Assembly (NCBI RefSeq): GCF_902459465.1
Contig: NC_047079.1
Span: forward strand, 7,998,001 to 8,062,000
Direction of reading: 5' to 3'
DNA length: 64,000 nucleotides
Origin: Asterias rubens
Lineage: Eukaryota
The position numbers and the translations under genes were made by a program. Below, one piece after another: positions 58,701-64,000 of this stretch (position 1 is its first letter; the number at the start of each line of letters is the position of its first letter). Below the pieces are notes generated by a model. That model saw nothing but the letters and a program-made list of their open reading frames with translations, was not told where the DNA came from and did not search any database.

Positions 58701-61700
58701 TGATTTTCTTTTACCCCTTCTCTCTCTATCCAGTGTGAAAGAGGTTCTAGAATATGCTGATGACATGGCTCTATACATCCCCATGATTTGGAAGTATCTT
58801 GGTGAGATCATTGGTGCAACGTTCCGTGACAACTCTTTATCTCTTAAGGTCCTAGCTGATACGATGGAACCTGTCAAAGCAGCTAGGAAGGCTGGAGACC
58901 TCATGGCTGAGATATTACATACAGTTGTCAACTTAAATGTAAGTGGGACGTCAAACTTTATACAATGTATACCTTATTGTGGAGAGGGTAGGTCTGGACC
59001 TCTGAAGTAACCCTAAAAATTGACATGGTCAATGGAAAGTTCCCATTTTGAACGTTCCCGATTGACTGGACCATGAGCACATACTTAATGGAACACAGCC
59101 ACACTTCTTTGGGACTAGTCTTTTTGGAATCTTCATTCTCAACTGCAACATCAGTGTAGGAAGATTTGCACATGGTACTCTTGCTGCCTATGAGTGGTGT
59201 GTGGACATAGCGGTTAATGTATTGAAATAACTCTATGAAAACACTATTGCCTGCATCAGGTAGGCCCAAGCTTCTCGTAATAGGTTTTACATAGTTTGAC
59301 GGTTCTTTCTTGACAAAATGAATATAATCTGACTTAAAGATGCTAGATCAAATTTGGGGCTTATTTGAACATGAATTATTATGAAATAATTTTCACACTT
59401 TCATTATGGAATAATTTTCACACTTTTTTTCTTCAGAGTGCTGATGTAGTTGGGGAAATGTGGCAATCATCAGGATTCACATGGGACATGTTTCTACCAA
59501 GTGGAAAAGATGTTCAAGAGTTTGTAAATAATAAGGTACGTGCTATCGTTATTCTTGACTCAATAAGAGTTGGAAAGTAAAGTAACTCAATGGTTTGGGA
59601 AGAGTCTTTTCTATTCTTATATGACCAGTGAAGGATTTGTTTTGTACGTTCAAACCGTTGAGCTTTTATCAACATGAAACAGTACTTATCCGTGCTGTTT
59701 TTTATTTTCTGTATTTATTGATATTGTTTTAGCGGTGCACTATTTGATGTTGTCATAAAAGTATTTAAGTTGCCTACATTAAAGTTGTTTTATTTTTCTA
59801 GTTTTGAAGAAGAGGGGAAAACAGTTTCCCGTTGCTATTGATGATCCATTTTGTCAAATTATTTTACAGAAATTAGGTTTTACTTTATTGACTGGTACCA
59901 GCACCACAACAAACAGTGGCGGGGATGCCAATGCTAATAGTCTGTCAGATGAGGATTTGGTCTCACTTATTAAGAGAGAACTTGGAAGCATTCTGGCCAC
60001 TATTGAGAATGTCAACGATAAAGTGTTTGACTGGATTCAGGTAAGTTACTCAACAAAATGTTAACATGTTTGCCGTTTAACACTTCCTTTTTTAAAATTA
60101 TATTTTACTACTTGTTGTACGTCTTTTATAAACAATTCAGATCTTGGGCTGTGATGAGTTTTTAATGAGCCAACAATAACAACATGTCAACATGATTATT
60201 GGGAGTACAATGCTACCTAAAAGTGTTACTTCAAGTTTGTTTGAAGATAAGTGTTTAAAGGACTGCACTTTTCAAAAACTATTGTAATAGAGGAAAAGTC
60301 ATCTGTGGTGTTGCCTTATAAGTGAAGATTTTGTTCATACACATTGTTCAGTACTTATATCTGTGTCAGTGAAAGCTAACTTGATTATTCTGTCTTTGTA
60401 TTTTCTCTGCAGAAGAACCTTAACATATCAAGCCCTGAAAAGCAAAGGCTATTTATCCGTGCCTTAGTGACTGTAGTTGTGCAAAGCACTATTCAAGGTA
60501 AGTGACCTCTAATTCCCTGTTTGAAACCACGGATTCATACCTAGCTTTAGCTTAGTCTGCCTGGTTTTAACGCTCCCCCCCCCCTTTCCAAACCGAGGGT
60601 CTCGTTTTAAGAATATAACAGACAGAGCCTAAGCCATTCTGCCCCTCTCCATACCGAAAGTCTTGTTTTAAGAATAACAGACAGAGTCTAAGCCATTGCG
60701 AAGCTGTAGTACCAGTGAAATGGTTGGCTAGTGCTTAAAGTGCTCCCCAATCACCAGTGTGGGCCTGGGCTGATTCCTGGTTGGGGCCTTATGTGAATAA
60801 GGTTGCGCTTTGTTCACTCTTTGCCACAAGGATTCTCTGGGCTCTGGTTTTCATCTTTCCAGTGAATTGAAAACTTATGATCTCTGGCTGTGCACTGTGG
60901 TGCCTCCTTTCTGTTTCAAGCTAAATTGGCCAAAACAAATTGTAGCTGACTATGTTATAACTTATGCTCTTTTATTTAACATCAGGAGATAAAGCAGAGA
61001 GCTGTAGAATGAACCATGATCTACTAAATGTCCGAACAGCAATCCTGAAGCGTTATATCAATAATGACAACAATCTAGAATTGCAAGCTCTGTATGCTGT
61101 TCAAGCCTTAAACCAACATTTGGAAAGCCCTCCAAGTAAGTTGAAACTAGCCACAATAATATTGTTATAACACACCCGGAATGTTCTCAATTTAGTTTTG
61201 GTTTATAATAATGGAATGATCACACGTTTTGAATTGTCAGTATTTGTGTCCATATTAAATGTTGCCTCAGTTTGATGTTCTTCTGTTGTGTGTTTATAAT
61301 ATTTGTTCCAGTTAATGTAAAAATGAAAAGTGCATTTGTCTCATATTAAGAATGGTTAACTTTTATTAACTAAAAGTTCTCCATCTTATTTTTTAAATGT
61401 TAAGTGCATAAATTATGTTTCAATATTTATTTCAATTGTTTATAGACGCGGAAAACAAAAATACATTTCACTTTGTTTGTAAATGTTCATGTGTCACAAT
61501 AGAACAAAAACTATACTATACTAATATACTATAACCATGGTGTTACTGCAAGCGACTATTAATTTTTTACTATAACCATCCATGTTGAATAAAAACGTCA
61601 AAATCTGTTGGGTGATAGTTAAAGCATGTTCAGTTAACAGTTATAGGAACAACACTTGACCATTTTCTTACTGAACGTTTTGTCAAATACATGTAATTTG

Positions 61701-62026
61701 ATCACAGTCCTTCAGCGATCCAACCTTCAAGTCTCTATTAATCCCTATTTTTTTCTTAAGCAAGTTTCTTCTCAAAAGATAAAATACATGATGGATGATT
61801 TAAGTTTGATTTCACACTGAATATCTCTTTCTCTTTCTTATCTTTAGGACTTCTTGGACTAATCTTCAATGTGCTGTATGATGAAGATGTCATACCAGGA
61901 GAAACCTTCTATGCCTGGCAGAAAAGCTCTGACCCTAATGAGACTGTTGGTAAGGGTGTGGCTCTAAAGTCGGTTACAAGCTTCTTTGATTGGCTTCGTG
62001 AAGCAGAAGAGGACCCTGCCAAATAA
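43751..62026 (+). CDS. EIF4G: Eukaryotic translation initiation factor 4 gamma (eIF4G1/3-like), about 1630 aa counted from ATG 43751; the true N-terminus may lie further upstream
   Basis: Exons 43625(ATG 43751)-43894, 44147-44320, 44751-44816, 45345-45455, 45669-45905, 47080-47953, 48594-48709, 49294-49591, 50117-50244, 50734-50826, 51384-51554, 52141-52278, 52515-52574, 53158-53298, 54143-54379, 54781-54885, 55355-55615, 55937-56100, 56648-56826, 57238-57377, 58134-58306, 58734-58938, 59437-59535, 59870-60040, 60413-60497, 60986-61135, 61848-62026. Contains a PABP-binding segment ([10 protein letters not shown]), the eIF4E motif YGRDFLL, MIF4G ([22 protein letters not shown]), MA3 and W2 ([16 protein letters not shown]). 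The donor at 45455 and acceptor at 49294 are best guesses. Confidence 0.93.
53427..53910 (+). repeat. Tandem array of about 173 bp (about 2.7 copies) built on a SINE-head-like unit
   Basis: TAATGTGCTTGCCTCTCACCAATGTGGTATGGGTCCAATTCCTGGCC at about 53430, 53603 and 53790; the third copy is internally deleted. Confidence 0.9.
57342..57796 (+). repeat. 91-bp tandem array, 5 copies, spanning an eIF4G donor
   Basis: ACGATTGAGGAATTCCT.AGCATTAAAGATATCGAG|GTAAGAAAGC... at 57342, 57433, 57524, 57615 and 57706. Confidence 0.95.
60722..60900 (+). mobile_element. Degenerate tRNA-derived SINE-like fragment
   Basis: tRNA-like head (...CACCAGTGTGGGCCTGGGCTGATTCCTGG) followed by a GGATTCTCTGGGCTCTGGTTTTC core resembling V-SINE-type domains (from memory). 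The head is similar to the 53427 array unit. Confidence 0.35.
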
Positions 62027-62108
62027 AATACAAATCTTAACATTTAAGCAAGTTTCTTCTCAAAAGATAAAATACATGATGGATGATTTAAGTTTGATTT
62101 CACACTGA
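61756..62108 (+). repeat. Identical 65-bp direct repeats bracketing the last eIF4G coding exon
   Basis: 61756-61820 (last intron) equals 62044-62108 (3'UTR). Confidence 0.9.
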
Positions 62109-62421
62109 TAAACAGTGCCGGATTTTTAACGGAATACACTGCTTGATTATCTCTTCTGCTTTTATATATTTTTCCCTGCAACTTTTAGAATTCCATGGGG
62201 TATTGTGTTACTGCTATTAGTTATAAGGCTTTATCTGTAATGTTATGTGACAAATGATGATGCACTAAAATGAAACCAAGCTACTCTCCAATTTCAACTC
62301 ACAAGTGGGATTTACTGATTGCTTTTCTTGAGAGTTGAGAGTAAGAAATGCTTAGTTTATTGGTGATGGAGATTGTTGAGCTGGAGCAAGGGTTTGATGA
62401 TCTGCTCCAAGCGTTAGCTTC

Positions 62422-62550
62422 GTGATCGTTGGCTACATGATCGTTGGCTCCATGATCGTTGGCTCCATGATCGTTGGCTCCATGATCGTTGGCTCCATGA
62501 TCGTTGGCTACATGATCGTTGGCTCCATGATCGTTGGCTACATGATTGGC
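62422..62550 (+). repeat. 15-bp minisatellite (CATGATCGTTGGCT[C/A]) x about 8 in the eIF4G 3' region
   Basis: Direct reading. Confidence 0.95.
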
Positions 62551-64000
62551 TTGTTGAACTGCTTTGTAAGCAATATTGGTGATTAACTGACTTGATAGTG
62601 AGTCATATAGAGACGGCTGGAGATTGGAGCTTGTGAAGATTTGTGGCTTTCTTCACTGGTAAACAATATTGGCTTACTGCTTATGACTGGTGGATACCAG
62701 CAATCTCAACATGGCTGAATTTGTCTAATTGCTCATCCCGGTGTCGTTGTAGACAAGTTTAGGGTTTGATTGGCAAGTAAAGGAGAGTAATTAAAAAGGT
62801 ATGGAGCAACAACTAAATAAATTTTAATTATACTAAATAAAAATAATAACAATACTCCATCTTGAACAAGGATGGGGCTCAGCATTGTTGGCATCCACCC
62901 CCTTTTAAAACTATTGTTAAAATTATAAAGAACTATTTAAAAGATGTTTAAAAAACGGTTAACCTGTTGGAGGAAGGTACAATGATGTTTTAAACTGCTG
63001 CACAATAAATGTAGCACTTACATAAATTGAATTTATTTTGTTGTAACTCATTCATCTAAACTACTGTCTTCAAAAGCATTTGCCTTTGTGATGCATCGCT
63101 GTAGCATTTATACTATTATAGGATAAGAGAACTGTTTCTTACTCTGATTCTACCTAAAAGCAAATGTCCTGGTCCTCACTTTAGATCCAATTGTATAGTA
63201 GTATATAGGGCCATCCTTGATGATTGGGAGTTATCATTATTAAAAAGGGTAGGTCCCTGATTGTTAAAGGATGATTGGACTTTGTTTACAGTTGGAAAAC
63301 CCCCCAAATCTTTATGATGCAGAGGTTTGAACTCCAAATAAAGCATTGTATAATTTGAAGCTTTGATGTTATGGTTCATGCAATTCTGGGTTTCTCCAGA
63401 AAAGTAGAATCGGGTTTTTTAAAGGAGATCTTTGGATCTGCTCTTTTTCTAAATTTAATTGTTAAGATTAATTTATTCAGAAGTTACAAAATTTCATTTG
63501 AGAGTTTATGTGGTATATGTATCCTTTTGGAAAAGAAATCAAAAAGAGCATTGTTTTGGTCGACTTGGCTTTATTCTTAATATAAGCACAATGATGTTTG
63601 TTATGCTAATCTAAGATTACTTGACCTATAACCCCTGACTTATGACCTGTGATATCATAAATCCCATTTTGATTAATATTCTTCATTACACTAGCAGGTC
63701 AATGCTCTTTTGATTCAATAAGAAGAAATTGAACACAAAGTTGCAATTCTAGCGGATTGTGTTAAGTGGCACTGGAAATGTTTTTAAAAATTAAAATCAG
63801 CAAAATTGTCTTTAAATCATGAAAAACATCACTTAAAAGTGCTGCACAAAATGTGGAAAGGGAAAAATGGATATATTTTATTTTATGAGTTTTATGCGGG
63901 TTGTTGTTTGCTGTAATTTCTTTTCTTTTTTCACTTTGCTATAAATCTTAAGTGTCATATTTCTGTTGAGTAATTCCTGTTAAATCTGTGACTTCTAAGG

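Noticed and set aside
62375-62415. SECIS-like hairpin in the eIF4G 3' region
   Set aside because: No properly placed AUGA/GA quartet with apical AA, and no in-frame UGA in the gene.

Overview
Intron-rich animal genomic DNA. It is AT-rich and probably from an invertebrate deuterostome such as an echinoderm (inferred from gene content, not provable here). Five protein-coding genes could be rebuilt exon by exon with consistent GT-AG phases: (1) a partial TNF-receptor-superfamily-like gene (-, runs off the left end); (2) a divergent tyrosine-decarboxylase-like PLP enzyme (+, 12 coding exons, 489 aa); (3) TTI1 (+, 22 coding exons including a 12-nt microexon, about 1078 aa); (4) the lysosomal PQ-loop transporter PQLC2/SLC66A1 (-, about 347 aa); (5) eIF4G (+, at least 27 coding exons, about 1630 aa). 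Introns hold many non-autonomous transposon derivatives (TTAA-flanked Kolobok-type MITEs, an element with an 8-bp TSD, nested palindromic elements), a tRNA-like element and SINE-like fragments. The most striking pattern is repeated, young tandem duplication across exon-intron boundaries in three genes. It produces arrays of decoy splice acceptors or donors and, in TTI1, a whole exon copied four times with 14-nt GT-AG spacers. There are no prokaryotic features or CRISPR arrays. All coordinates were counted by hand, so small offsets are possible.
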